Positions 25,625-38,935 of a stretch of DNA of 64,000 nt are shown here, piece after piece. This stretch comes from Stegostoma tigrinum (Eukaryota): assembly GCF_030684315.1 (NCBI RefSeq), contig NC_081375.1:31113073-31177072 (forward strand). The letters run 5' to 3'. How positions within the stretch are numbered: position 1 is the stretch's first letter; the number at the start of each line of letters is the position of its first letter. The notes under the pieces were generated by a model that did no database searches, was not told the origin of the DNA, and worked only from the letters and a program-made list of their open reading frames with translations. A program made the translations under genes and the position numbers.

Positions 25625-26863
25625 GAGATAGTAGGAACTGTCGATGCTGGAGAATTTGAGATAACAAGGTGTAGAGCTGGATGAACACAGCAGGCCAAGC
25701 AGCATCAGAGGAGCAGGAAAGCTGACATTTTGGGTCTGGACCCATCTTCAGAAATACGGGAGGTGTAGGGGATTCCAAAGAGAGAGAGGGGGAAGCGGAT
25801 GGAAGATGGATAAAGGAGCAGATAGGTGAAGAGGAGACAGACGGGTCAAGGAGGCGGGATGAGACTGGTAGGTAGGAGGTGCAGGTTGGGGTTGAGGTAG
25901 GAGGAACGGATAGGTGGGACAGGTTAGGGAGGTGGGGACAAGCTGGGCTGGTTTTGGGATGCGGTCGTGGGCAGAGAGATTTTGAAGCTTGTGAAGTCCA
26001 CATTAATACCATTGGGTTGCAGCGTTCCCAAGCAAAATATGAGGTGCTGTTCCTGCCTTCAAGTGGCATCGTTGTGGCACTGCAGGAGACCCAGGATTGT
26101 CAAATCATCCAAGGAGTGGGAGGGGGAGTTGAAATGATTCACAACTGGGAGGTGCAGTTGTTTGTCACGAACTGAGCGTAGGTGTTCCACAAAGCGGTCT
26201 CCGAGCCTCTGCTTGGTTTCCCCAACGTAGAGGTGGCCATAGCGGCAACAGTCAACACAGTATACCACAGCAGATGTGCAGGTGAAACATCTGTTTAATG
26301 TGGAAGGTTTTCTTGGGGCCTGGGATGGGGTGAGGTGTAGACGCAGGTGTAGCACCTCCTGCGGTTGCAGGGAAGAGTGCCAGGGATGGTGAGGTTGGTG
26401 GGGAGTTGTAGGAACAGCACTTCATATTCCGCTTGGGAACCCTGCAGCCCAATGGCAAAATTGTGGACATCACAAGCTTAAAAAATCTCCCTGCCCCCGA
26501 CTGCATCCCAAAACCAGCCCAGCTCATCCCTGTCTCCCTAACCTATCCATCCTTTCTCCCACCTATCCACCTCAACCTCCAACTACCAGCCTCACCCTCA
26601 CCTCCTTGACCTGTCCATCTTCCCTGGACTGACCAGCCCCCACCCTAACTCCCCACCTACACACACCTTTACTGGCTCCATCCCAACCTCCTTGACCTGT
26701 CCGTCTCCTCTCCCTCTATCTGCTCCTTTATCCATCTTTCAGCCGCCTCCCCCGCCCCCTCTATTTATTTTAGAATCCCCTTCCCCATTTCGAAAGAAGG
26801 GTCCGGACCTGAAACATCAGCTTTCCTCCTCCTCCGATGGTATTTAGCCTGCTGTGTTCACCT
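25625..26863 (-). mobile_element. Penelope-like element (Neptune-type GIY-YIG end) with long inverted segment and TSD
   Basis: Minus ORF VVYCVDCCRYGHLYVGETKQRLGDRFVEHLRSV...PVVNHFNSPSHS; inverted copy ~26410-26860; TSD CTACTACTTGTTGCA at 25610-25624 and 26864-26878. Confidence 0.9.
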
Positions 26864-27012
26864 CTACTACTTGTTGCATGTAGTTTAAGGTTCCTGGAAA
26901 TTTTAAGATAACTTTCGGATTTGTGCTGATGTCATTAAGCTTAATTTATTATCAATTTATTGATGAATGTGACAAAGTAGAAAATAATGTTGCCTTTCTT
27001 TTTAAAAAATAG

Positions 27013-27097
27013 ACTTTGAGAATATATTAACAACAATTTTTTACCTCATCCGAAAAAATCCACGTGCACTTTTCTGGACCACATATCAGGAACGGAG
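27013..27097 (+). CDS. METTL23: METTL23 coding exon 4
   Basis: atag|(D)FENILTTIFYLIRKNPRALFWTTYQER(S)|gtaagt; 85 nt; not in the ORF track. Confidence 0.93.
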
Positions 27098-28115
27098 GTA
27101 AGTTTTAAAATTACTACTTGTGCCTGAACAATATTTTAAAACCCTTAAATTTAGCATTTTTGATTGAAATAGTACTTCAATGTAAAATTTTCATTTGATA
27201 ATTATTCCAACTGAATAAAAACTTCCGATTTATGGGATTGAGGCATTCTTCCCCTTGTGTAATATTTCTATTGCCAGTTGCTTAGATCATCTGCTAGCCA
27301 ACAAGAGGGAGATACTGGCTTTCTGTCTGGCTGTAGCTTCAGCACACAAGCTTATAGAACAGGCTGACAATTTCATCTGCTTAATTGCATTTATATTTTA
27401 ACACAAGTACTTCTATGTCAGAAATCACACTGTCAGCCAAGACATTGCCATTTTCAAGTGAAGCATTGGTTTAGGGAAATTAATAGGGGAAATGCCTTAG
27501 CAGTACATTGAAAGATTTTTCTGAATAAATACTTTTCAGAAACTGACTGGCATGCACTAATTGAATTAACTTTTTTGTTGTATATTTGAAGGCAGAATCC
27601 TGACATAAAATGTTTACTGCTGAAACTATTTTCTTATCAGAACTGCACCAAAATCTTTAAAGAAAAAAAAAATGCAATTCCATTGCATTGCACAATTGAA
27701 TAAACAGTGCAGTGGAGCAAATATACCAACACAAACCTATAGCTTAGCCTAAGCTGTTTCATTCACAAGTATATTGTGCCAATAACACTCAAGCAAAAAC
27801 AATGGTATGCAGCTGGTGAAGCCATTTGAATTTCTTTACAAGTGGACATAGGTGTTTTTGGGGCATATTTAAATTGCTTCCCATTTTTCATACCAGTACA
27901 TTTTGCACTTCAATTCTACTGTGTTAATTCCACTTCTATTCCGAGGATACCACAATCCAAAGGGATATTATGCCAATTTCCATTGCTCTCAACTGTCCAA
28001 CATAGCACTCTTAAAATTTTACATTATTAACCTCATTGCAAATGAGAAATGTTTGGGTTGCAGGACATATGCACTTTTGCTGTGTGTCCTTTTACTGTAA
28101 TTTTTTTTCTTCCAG

Positions 28116-28290
28116 TGCTGATTGGTCAATTGAATCATTGTTGTACAAGTGGAATTTGAAGTGTGTTCACATTCCACTAGAAACATTCGAAGCAGATGAA
28201 GAATTCCTTGCTGGATCAAACCTCCCTGGCAGTCACACTATTCACATGATGATGATCACTTTCGGGACTAGTGTTCCTTCAATAACCTGA
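28116..28290 (+). CDS. METTL23: METTL23 coding exon 5 (terminal, stop TGA)
   Basis: ttttcttccag|(S)ADWSIESLLYKWNLKCVHIPLETFEADEEFLAGSNLPGSHTIHMMMITFGTSVPSIT*; spliced CDS 705 nt = 234 aa. Confidence 0.95.
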
Positions 28291-28738
28291 AGCTAATTCA
28301 TTGGCAAAAATAGATATGCTATTCTTGCTGAATGAGTTGTTTTAGAAAGACTGTAATCCCCATTTGTGCTGTAATATTTTCATATAGAATCAATGTACAG
28401 GATAATTTTGAAAAAAAAAACCTGAACATCCTAGTTTAGTATGTGATACTATGTGGAAAAACTAGTGACAGAATTATTTAATTGCAGCAATTTTGCTGTT
28501 GATAGAATTGGTCTGGCATGGAAGGAACAAATAGAAATGCATGGGTATCAAAGCTTTTATTAACTTGAAGACCAAAAATCTCTTATTTTTGATATAAAGT
28601 ATTCCAGTTACTATATCCCATGACACCACTGAACCAATTATGTGCATTTCATGTTTTAGCTTAATTTTGTTTGTTTAACAAGAAAATAAGTCGGTCGCTT
28701 TCCCATTCTATCCAGTCCTCATTTGTAGCTGGAAATAC

Positions 28739-28744
28739 AATAAA
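28739..28744 (+). terminator. Candidate METTL23 polyadenylation signal
   Basis: AATAAA about 450 nt after the stop, followed by TTGTTGTT; further AATAAA at ~29280 and ~29574. Confidence 0.4.
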
Positions 28745-30019
28745 ATGATTGTTGTTCACCCCTGCTACAAGACTAAAAATAATGCGAAAGAAAACATTTC
28801 CTTTTCACAATGATTATTCTAGCTTGACACAAGTTGATCTCCAACATACACTTGAATTAGGAGGTACTTTATTTGCACAAAGCAACCATAATTTATTTTT
28901 AGTTGAATCAATTTGTTCCAAGTACCAATTCTTCTTCCCCTCCCCCACCCCATCCTAACTCTTGAACAGAGGAACAAGTTAAATGTTTACATATATAACA
29001 TTTTCTCCTAATCGGCTATAAATGGACACATCTAATTTGCTTCGCCCAATTGTGAAATGAAACTGCTTGATGGTGTTTATTTTAAATTGGTTGTCCTTTA
29101 TCCATTGTCTCAATCACTTGTTCCTCTCCAAATAATTTATGCTACATTCGATATCCAATTACGCCATGTTCCAAATACGAATTCTGGTGACAGCCAAAAA
29201 AATTAATGCAAAATTAACCCCTTACAATATTGCTGCTGATTTGGTATTGCCAAGCAACCATAGCAATTCGGTAACAGTAAATAAATAATATTTTTGATCA
29301 AAGTTAACTGTACCTGAACTAATTTAACTAAACATTAACCATTAGAAACTGAAGACCAAAGTAAATATATCATCTTGCACTAACAACACAGATCTTGAAG
29401 TTTACATTTGTTATGCTGGGTGTTTGAATGCTGCTCTTTTTCCCCAAGCATTATGCAGTCTTATACATGTTTGATGCAATGACATAATTTGCAGTTGCGT
29501 CTTCAATGCAGAAAATAAGCTTCACTGGTTAATGTCTCACCCCTGCATTGAAAGCAAATTAAGTGAACTGTAAATAAATAAATACCAATGGAAAATAGAG
29601 CCAAAATTGAGAACTTTCGGTAAGTAGATAAGATGTAAGGTTAAATTAGTAAAGGAAAATAAAGATTAACATAAGCTCTTTCTTCACGACCTTAAGCAGC
29701 AGCTTGTCCTGGCCAACTGATGAGCAGCAGAGAAAGTTTACAGATAAGGATACTGCAAATATGATCAATTTGGTAATCGTTATTGAAAGCATTCATTAAA
29801 AGTTATTTTCAGCCTCCAGATATTTAACAAATGCGATAATGTACTTTAGCAACATTCTTTTGACGAGATTTTATTGAATGTAAATATATTGAACTTCACT
29901 AATTCCACACCTCATTTTGGGAGTTTGAGACATGCTTATGTTTTGCTCCAGCAATCAAGGATTAAAGTTAATAAGAACATTGCAGACTTGGTTGATGTTT
30001 TCACTCAATGTTCCAGCAT

Positions 30020-30275
30020 TCATAGAGTCATAGAGATGTACAGCACGGAAACAGACCCTTCAGTTCAACACATCCATGCCGACCAGTCATTCCAAATTAA
30101 TCCAGTCCCATTTGCCAGCACCTGGCCCACATCCCCCTCATCCCCCTCATCCCTCCCGTTCATCTACCCATCCAGATGCCTCTTAAATGTTACCACTGCA
30201 CTAGCCCCCACCACCTCCTCCGGCAGCCCGCTCCACACATGCACCACCCCCTGCCCTTCAGGTCCCTTCTTTATC
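30020..30275 (-). mobile_element. CR1 LINE 3' end fragment
   Basis: CATAGAGTCATAGAGATGTACAGCACGGAAACAGACCCTTC = reverse complement of the CR1 3' tail. Confidence 0.7.
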
Positions 30276-31317
30276 ATAGAATCTCTACGGTCTGGAAGCA
30301 GGACATTTGGCCCATAGACCAATGTTACAAAATCTCATTTTGGAATAGCAATTTCACTTGCTCATAACAAACTCTACGTTCCCTCTACAAACCAGCTGCT
30401 AAGTGTTTTTCCAATTACTTGAAGTCTGTTGTAACTTCTCATTTCACATGAATGTTTGTGTATTATGTCAACAGACTAATACTCACACTAACTGCAGAAA
30501 TATGGACAAAACCATGCTTTCTTTCCTCCTCTATAGCATGACTAACTGTTGTGCTAGATTAATATGACAGCAATTCTACAAGTTTGCTCCTTGTAGAACA
30601 TTTGTACTACAAATCAATACTCTAGTTGTTTCTTCCATCCAGTCTTATTCATTCATGTTAATGAATCACAACCTTAATAAAAAGCCATTTCTGAAGTTTA
30701 GATTTATGGCTTAGCAATAATTGGCCACATTCAGCGTTCTTCTGGTAACACAGTTTACATAACGATTTAATCTCTAGCTGCATAAATTGTGGCCCCTTTG
30801 TAAATGAACTAAGATGCCTTAGCTATATGAAAAAGGTCATCTATTAATTAAGTTATAAAATTTAGACTTACCCAACCTCATACAGAATTGAAACAGTGCA
30901 AAGCTCGGCTGCGGACAATGCACCTCAGTCAACCTAAGTAACATGCATAATACATTTTGGAAAGAAGTGCCCAAAGCTAGCACTGACTTATTGTACTGTT
31001 CTAAATATTTATCTTCTTCTTTCAAGATGTACAATAAAAACAGGAGTGTAACTTTGAGTCTTATGGTACTGCTTCAACTAACAAGATCAAAGTTGATCTT
31101 CTGCCTCAATTGCTCTGTCCTGCATTATTCCATCTGAAGCATCATTGCATGACAATTCAAGCTATAAATACAGCTGTAACAATGCACAATTCAAATGTGA
31201 TTCCTCATGCTTCAACTGTTCTTCCTAGTAAGAATGCTGATGTTCAAGCCTGTCCTTGCAGTAGAATTCAGATAGGTTAAAATGCTATATTAATTCCAAC
31301 ATCTACTTTAATGTATT

Positions 31318-32103
31318 CAGAGACAGTAGGAACTGCTGATGCTGGAGAATTTCAGATAACAAGGTGTAGAGCTAGATGAATACAGCAGGCCAAGCAGCAT
31401 CAAAGGGGCAGAAAAGTTGACGTTTTAGGTCTGGGCCCTTCTTCATAAATGGGGGACGAGAAGGGGATTCTGAAATAAAGACAGAGGGGTGGCGGTGAAG
31501 AGACGGACAGGTCAAGGGGGCGGGGACAGAAAAACCAAGCAGAAGCTTGGAGACTGCCCTGTGGAACACCTACGCTCAGTTCGTGACAAATGATTGCACT
31601 TTCCAGTCGCGAACCACTTCAATTCCCCCTCCCACTCCTTGGACCGCATGTCCAGCCTGGGCCTCCTCCAGTGCCACCTCACGGTTGCAAGAACAGTACC
31701 TCCTATTTCACTTGGGAACGGTGCAGCCCAATGGTATCAAATGTGGACTTCACAAGCTTCAAAATCTCCCTAACCCTGACCACATTCCAAAGACAGCCAA
31801 GCTTGTCCACTCCTCCGACCTCAACCCCTACCCACCAGCCACATCCCTGCCTCCTTGACCTGTCCGCATTCCCTGGACTGACCAACCCTCATCTACACTC
31901 CCCTTTCATGGCTCCATCCCTGCCTATCTCCTCTCTACCTATCTGCTCCCTAATCCATCTACAAGCCACCTTGCACCCCTCCCTATTTATTTCGGATTCC
32001 CCATTGCCTATTTCTGAAGGGTCCAGACCCAAAACGTCAGCTTTCCTGGTCCTCTGATGCTGCTGGGCCTGCTGTGTTCATCCAGCTCCACACTTTGTTA
32101 TCT
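31318..32103. mobile_element. Penelope-derived element with inverted termini
   Basis: GIY-YIG C-terminal remnant (EHLRSVRDK...PVANHFNSPSHS) on +; termini 31350-31490 and 31980-32103 are inverted; degenerate TSD ATCTA(C/T)TTTAAT. Confidence 0.85.
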
Positions 32104-34089
32104 ATTTTAATTTGCTTTCGTTAACCTCACCTGAAATCAAAGGAGTCTTAATTTTTGTTTGTCTATTATAACAGGGTCACATGTGCAGTTTTTGCATCCA
32201 AAGATTTCAATAACTGATATTTCCTCACCAGCTTACGACAGCAAGAACAGGCCAGAAAAGGGCGTGAAAAGTTGTTTCAAGTTTTCCACGCAAAGCTAAG
32301 GGAAACTCCAGACTTGAAAATCTAATCTTACCAAAGGCTGTCCATTCTGCCCTGGTAGCCTATGTTGTGGAAAGTGGGTATCTTCACCCAAATTTCAGCG
32401 CTTACACGTATGACACTGCCAGCTGGTTTCACTGGCAGCATGCAGATGACATTCCAACTGTAACAAGGAATGGGGCCTAAGTTGCCAACAGAAAAGTTTT
32501 GGCTGCTGGTGTTGCTGAATTCCAATCACTCTGCTTCCCACTCCATTTTAAAAACACACCAATTTTTCATGGTTGAAATACTGTAACCATAACAGCAAGT
32601 TGAGGGAGAGTACAAACACCTTTTCCAACAGTCAGCAAACAGCAAGATTTAGGTTTGAGCTTTTACAATGTCTGCAAAAATTGCTGTACAAGAGCTGACA
32701 TTTCCAAATGAAATATTATAAATGTTTACTACATATCTAGCACACGTATTGCAAATGCAGCTATACCTGAGAGCAAATTTGTGCTATGAAAAAGTTACAA
32801 ACTTTTAGGATAATATTTCTCAAACAGGCAAAACTACTGTCAAATTATATTGCAGTATGCCTGAAAACATATTTAATGCCATATTAAAACACAACACAGA
32901 ATAGGGAGCATGAATCACCAGATTCCATCTTATGGCATGTAAAATTCCATTCTACGACTAGTGTAAAGTCTTAAAAATCCCATTTGAATAGTCATAGCGT
33001 GCAGAGGTACAGCCAACACCATGCCACCAGGTATACTATTGTCAAGTTCCAAAGACAATTTTTCAGTGTCTAAGAGAAAGGATTTCATTACCATTTAACA
33101 TATAGAGGTGACAATATTCAAGTGTGGAGTATTTATGTGGATACTGTGTATTTTTACAAATACAGTAACAACATTGTAAGATAACTGAACTGTTACTATC
33201 TCCTAAAATATCAAGACTAGAAAAGGGGGTCTACCCAACATCTCTGGCAGACAGGGATGTCAGGGCTACAGTTTCTTCCATTGTACGTGGTTTACAGCTT
33301 GTCCTTGCCACACATCCATAAAAGCTCTGATAACCGGAAGTGAGACTTCACAGTTAAAGTACATGTGCAACTCAATTTATTCCCAGCCGTGCTATGGTCA
33401 TCACTCTGCAATACAAGTACTGAAGGATCCATAGGGAATGCTTCGTTGTCTGGTCAGCATTGTTCTTTCTGGGCGATACAGCTGAATAAAATTGCTCTAA
33501 GCTCTGGACAAATATAGTTACCTTTGCACATTATATGAAATGATCTGTTTAACACATTTGTGGCAAATTTTGAGTTCTAACTGAAATCTGGACAGGTCCC
33601 AATGGTATCAGAATCTTGTGTTTTTCGGTTCAAATGCAATGCAAATGAAACCAGGCTTAGTTTAAGTTAGAATCGCATGATCATTTCCCAATGGAGCATT
33701 TCAAATATCCAAGCATTGAGGTCAGGTTTTTATGAACAAAGAAATAATTAATTTGAAGCTCTGGGCCAAGTTTCCAGCACAACAGTACTGGATCCGTGCA
33801 CACAGTAGCCACAAAGATAAACTTTAACCTTACAAAAGATTGCCAAAATTTAATGTTTACCAAAATGGTCTAATAATTTTCAAAGTAGATCAACCGATTT
33901 TTTTTGTAAAAAGTAAGTGAGATGTTGAATTTAAGCAACAATTTCTCCCCGTACAATTGTTTTCATTCAGTAAATCAAAACAATAGTTCCCATCTGCAGT
34001 AGCTCAACCGAGCAACCACACGTCTGGGTCAATATCCCAAGATCACTTCAGTATTCAGAAAACAGCTTTTAACAGTTATAAACATAGAA

Positions 34090-34937
34090 CAATTAACACC
34101 AAGAAAAAAGTCTTTAATATCATTACAGACATACAAGTTGTACAGGATTCATGTACTGAAGCTAATAAAACTGTTAATTACACTCAATTTCAAAAATTAA
34201 CAGCATTCTAAACAGTGTATTCCATGTGGTAATGGATAAACCACATTACCAAGTACAAAAACAAGGTAGCTAAAGGTGCTTACTGCCTGCTCCATAATTT
34301 ACACGCAGCCACGTCTCTGGAGGTGCAGCTGACAGGCATTTTACTGGACAGCCATATTTTCTGCACGTCAAGGCATCATTACAGGAGCAATCAGGAGAAT
34401 ACAGGACACAGCCAAGCACTCTGCACTGCACTGCAACACGCCACCTTACAGCTAACCCGCTTTACAGAACTGCTACACAACTGCGCCTAGTGCACAAAAA
34501 TACATGAGACAATAAGATTAGTATTAGACTGAAATGAAAATAACAGAAAAAGACATATGCAAATTTGAAATTTAGAAAGATAATTACTTCAGCGTACAGA
34601 AAAAAAAACTTTACAAAACCTGGAAATACGTTCCATGCTTTTTACCTTATGTACATATCCAAGCCAAAATGCATCTGAAGTCGAACATTTCACTAAATTG
34701 TAAGAAGTTTAAGTAATAGCAACACAGATGGCACATAACACAATGAGCCTTCTCAGACACTAATTTTAATTCAAGACTTAAACTGACAAAACCTATTATA
34801 AACAATAATGTTATAATAACCTTTTAAGTAGATCACTGCTTATTTTAGGAAGGTCTCTCCACCACCTAAACAGTTGTCAAGAGTTGGTATTTCTTGCAAG
34901 GCATCTACCATGTAAATCTTCCAGCCATCCAGAATAT
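34090..34937 (-). other. SRSF2: SRSF2 non-coding terminal exon (3'UTR)
   Basis: Acceptor tttgtctgtttgttccag|ATATTC at 34937; blocks (TTATGTGCCAT, AATTTAGTGA..CGACTTCAGAT, TGTATTTTTGTGCACTAGGCGCAGTTGTGTAGCAGTT) resemble the human SRSF2 3'UTR as recalled; ends near ATTAAA. Confidence 0.8.
34113..34118 (-). terminator. SRSF2 polyadenylation signal ATTAAA
   Basis: Minus strand ATTAAAGACTTTTTTCTTGGTGTTA followed by U/GU-rich sequence; resembles the recalled human ATTAAAACATTTTCTTGGTGTTA. Confidence 0.7.
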
Positions 34938-37900
34938 CTGGAACAAACAGACAAATTAAACTTTTTTCAAAAAATCTTCTTCACAAATGTTAAAAAATAT
35001 CCAAAATAACCTTGCTTACTAGAATTGTAGAAGTTACACTTAGTTCAAACAGGGGTCCACCTGTTCAGCACAAAAGCTGTTCCCTTCACTTCTTACAACA
35101 GGATAATGAAATTCTAAAAGTATACTTGGCCCAAAGAGTACATTCCATTAAATTCATACTTATGGGGTTCTTGAGGGCAACTTTCAGGTAACATGATGTT
35201 GGATATGAACAACTAAATATCAAAAAGGTCCTACACCATTTCAACTATCAAAGCTCGCATGTATGCCTCATTGAAGGCTGCCTCGAGAACAAAAATTTAA
35301 TTTGACATTACGTCAAAATGTTAGCACAGGAAATAGTAAGGCAGCTAATACTAACAATTTTGCAATTGCTGAATGAAAAGTTGTCTACAAACCTTTTTTG
35401 AAAGCTTTGAAATCATGCAAATAAAATTCTACATAAACAGAATACTAATATGACTTCTGGAGCAAAAAACACAATCCAATAAAAATGTATTAACAACGTG
35501 CAATTTTCAATTCCAGTCTTGTGTAACTTTCCACTAATTATCACAAAACAAGTCTTGATATCACCACTATGATTAAAACCTACAGTATTATCTATAAAAC
35601 CAAAAATTCTAGATGCCTTAATACTTCATTGCAATTCCTTTCTTCCATTTTGTATCCATTCTATGGATATATGTATCCGTTAATATTAAATTTCAAATTT
35701 TCAAGTAAAAGCAACTCAACAACTTTCTCATGCAGAGAAAAAAATGGATGCTGGTGACAACTGGCAATTCTCATTAGCAAGTTGAATAAAATGCTCGTGT
35801 CATGCAGATGTAATTACCAATCATTTCATTTAGAAGACAATATCTGTCATCATTTAAATCAATCCTTCTAATGGTTGACTAAGCAGAGTTTGTTTTATCA
35901 GCTTGTACCCGACAGCATTTTAATAGTAATATTAAACCAAGACTTCAATATCTTTATTAACTCCACATTTGAAAGTCAGGAGCTGGATAACATACTCACC
36001 AGTTGCCTGGGTGAATGCAGCCACAACAAAACTGAAGAAAAGTGGCATTATCCAAGACAAAGTAATCCGCTTGCTCAGCAACCTTGCCAGTGAACTCAAT
36101 ATCCATCCTTTCACCAGTGTATTGTTGCAACTGCAGTACATATAATCCTCAGGATGCAGTACATCAACTCATCAAGCTTACTCCAACAGTACCTACCTGC
36201 CACAAGACCTCTCCCACTCTGAAGAACATGAGAAGCAAAATCATGGATACATCATCATGATCCCAGAGACACAAAAGGATTCTGACTTGGGACTAAAAAT
36301 AACTTGCTTCATCATTGCTGGATAACAATCTTAAGACCCCACCCAATGCCACTCAAGCATCCGAACTGTACTATTCTGCGAATCTACTACAAAGACTGCA
36401 GCAGCGAAAGATGATCCATCACAACAATCTCAGTGCAACCAGGGCTGAGTAATATTTACAGCCTTGCCAAAAATTAACAGGGAAGATTATATTAAATTTG
36501 TGATTCTCAAATTTTAGGTCCAAAGTGTTTGTGCCATGTTGTGTTACGACCTATGAAGAATGTTAGGTTACGATAAATTAAAACCTTACTTTGGATAGAA
36601 AAGATTCACATGACATGATTATTTGGATCTGTTGCTGTCATGGCAGCAAGATGCAGCTTCACCATTCATTGAGCATCTGCAATCAGCAATGTAAGTGTCC
36701 AAAAAAAACTTGCATTGTGAACCAAGGTGTTTTCCATTCAAACAAATACTTCAAGCCAAAATAACAATTGCAAATAAAAACGTTTAAAAGATAGAAAATA
36801 ATGGCTTCAGTTTTATAGTAAGGTAACATTTCAATCCTATGCGTTTTACTTCCAAAAATGTGGATTGTGGAATTAAACAAGTTAATGTCTTGTAACATAA
36901 TATGAGATAGCATGAAGAGGGTTTGAAGTTTGACATTTACCATTTGGTGATTAAAAAGACTATGAAGATATGGAATATATTAGTGCACATATTGAACCAA
37001 ATTAATGATTTTAAAACTGTCATACTAGGATATTGATTGTGCATGGAAATCCCTCATGAAGCCCTAAAACCCCAGGTGTTACCCAACTGTAGATGTGTCC
37101 CGCTCACGACTCCAACATCAGAGGTTCCACTGCTTGGTTACAGAAATGATTGATTGGGTGTTGCAGGCTGAAGTTAGATGTAAAGTAAAATAAACATTCG
37201 AAAGAGAGTACAGGAAGAAAGGGTGCAGACTAAGCAAAGTTCTGTGTGCGAGAAAAGGTATGGGGTAAATAGAATGCATGAGGTCAAGCACACAACAGTG
37301 GAGGACAGAAAGCAAAGTGACCACTTGGCCCAATGACAGTATAACCACTCAAACAAGACCAGTGATATGCCTGCAATTGTACAAGTTAACAATTACTCTT
37401 CTGGTAAAGGGAATCAGTGGAAAAGCAAGGTTGATGACAAGGTGCATTGTTGACAGTGCTCAGGTGTACTGTGGAAAATAAGTGTCAGAAAAACTATTCA
37501 AATGTAATATTGTGTTATTGTGTCCAAAACCTGCTGCATAATTACAGAAGTAATTGAGAAAACTGGGCCTGTTTTCCCTCAAGTTTTGAGGAATCTACTC
37601 CCGGTAAAATTAGAAAATTAAATTCCCACATGATCTAAAATCTACTTCAACCATTAAAATATTAAATTTAAAATATCTCTGCCCACTTGAGTCTTCATTT
37701 CAAAACAAGAGTGAAGGCTACAAAATTTGGAGGGAGTGGTCAAAGTCTCACTTTGTTCAGTAAAACAAGTGACAATCAGATTGAGGCAATCTGAACTATA
37801 AGGCACTTTCTTTTCCATTTCAGATGTTCTCATTCTTACATTATTCTAATTTGTTTCTGGCTTTGCTTGGGTTTTTTTCTCCCCAGATTCTAATTCATCC

Positions 37901-38935
37901 CTGGAACAATTTTTACCTACCATTAAGCTTCAGACAGGAAAATTATTCACAAGATTTGTGTGCACAGGGTTCACAAAGTCTCTCCAGCCACAAGAGGAAC
38001 CAGCAGCAGATATCATTTTTATAAAAATTTAATATCCATATTACTACTTCTTTAAAAGAAAGATCATGAAGTACCATTTTGAGTTTTTTTTCCTGCTGCT
38101 GTTCAAATCCAAATGTGGATGACAAACTAAGGAAAATGGTTTGAATAAGTTACTGTGCCTGAAGTGTGAAGGAGCCAAATTATCAGAAGAGACAGCATCT
38201 TGGCATCATGACTTCAACTGTTATTTCAACTGTTTGCTCATTCAGCTCTCACACTGCTGGGCACAGCAACTCCCCCAGGCCAGTAGCCCTGCTAAATAGG
38301 AAAAAATGCAAGTTAATCAATTCCTCAAACACTTTTTAAAATATAAAAGCAGGAATTATCTCCACAGAAATGTTTCTTCACCCCCACCACCTCCGCACTG
38401 ATGCTAACCGAAATGGGTGTCAAAGAGGTAACCACCAGCATCACAATGGCTCATGGTCAATACAAAGCACTGCAGATTTTCAATCAAAAATGTCACATTT
38501 AAGAGGAAATTACAGAACTTTCATTCCTTGATGCTGATCAAACTAAATTCATTAATTCACAAATTATGCAAGTACACAGGATTACTCCGTCTGCAGTACT
38601 ATTTACTAACTGTCCGTGTGGAATTGGCATTAAGGAATTAATGTTTCAGCTGCACAAACAGAGGTACGTACATGCTGGTAAACTAACATACTATGGTTTC
38701 AACAACAAAACGGTAGTCGGAAAATTATCTCCCATGACTAATAATGGAAATTCAATGGAGTCAGCATCAAGACTTCCCCTTTCAGAATTTCTCAATAACC
38801 AAAAGCAACTTTAATAGTTTAGTCATTCATTCACCCGTAAAGCTGTAAATATGCATTATTACTTTCGAGAATGATTCAAAAAATAATGCTATTACTTTCG
38901 TGTATTTACTCACTTTGGTGCAATTTACCACTTTT

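Noticed and set aside
33333-33342. Perfect ETS motif ACCGGAAGTG in the METTL23-SRSF2 interval
   Set aside because: A single site outside any CpG island, with no supporting motif cluster
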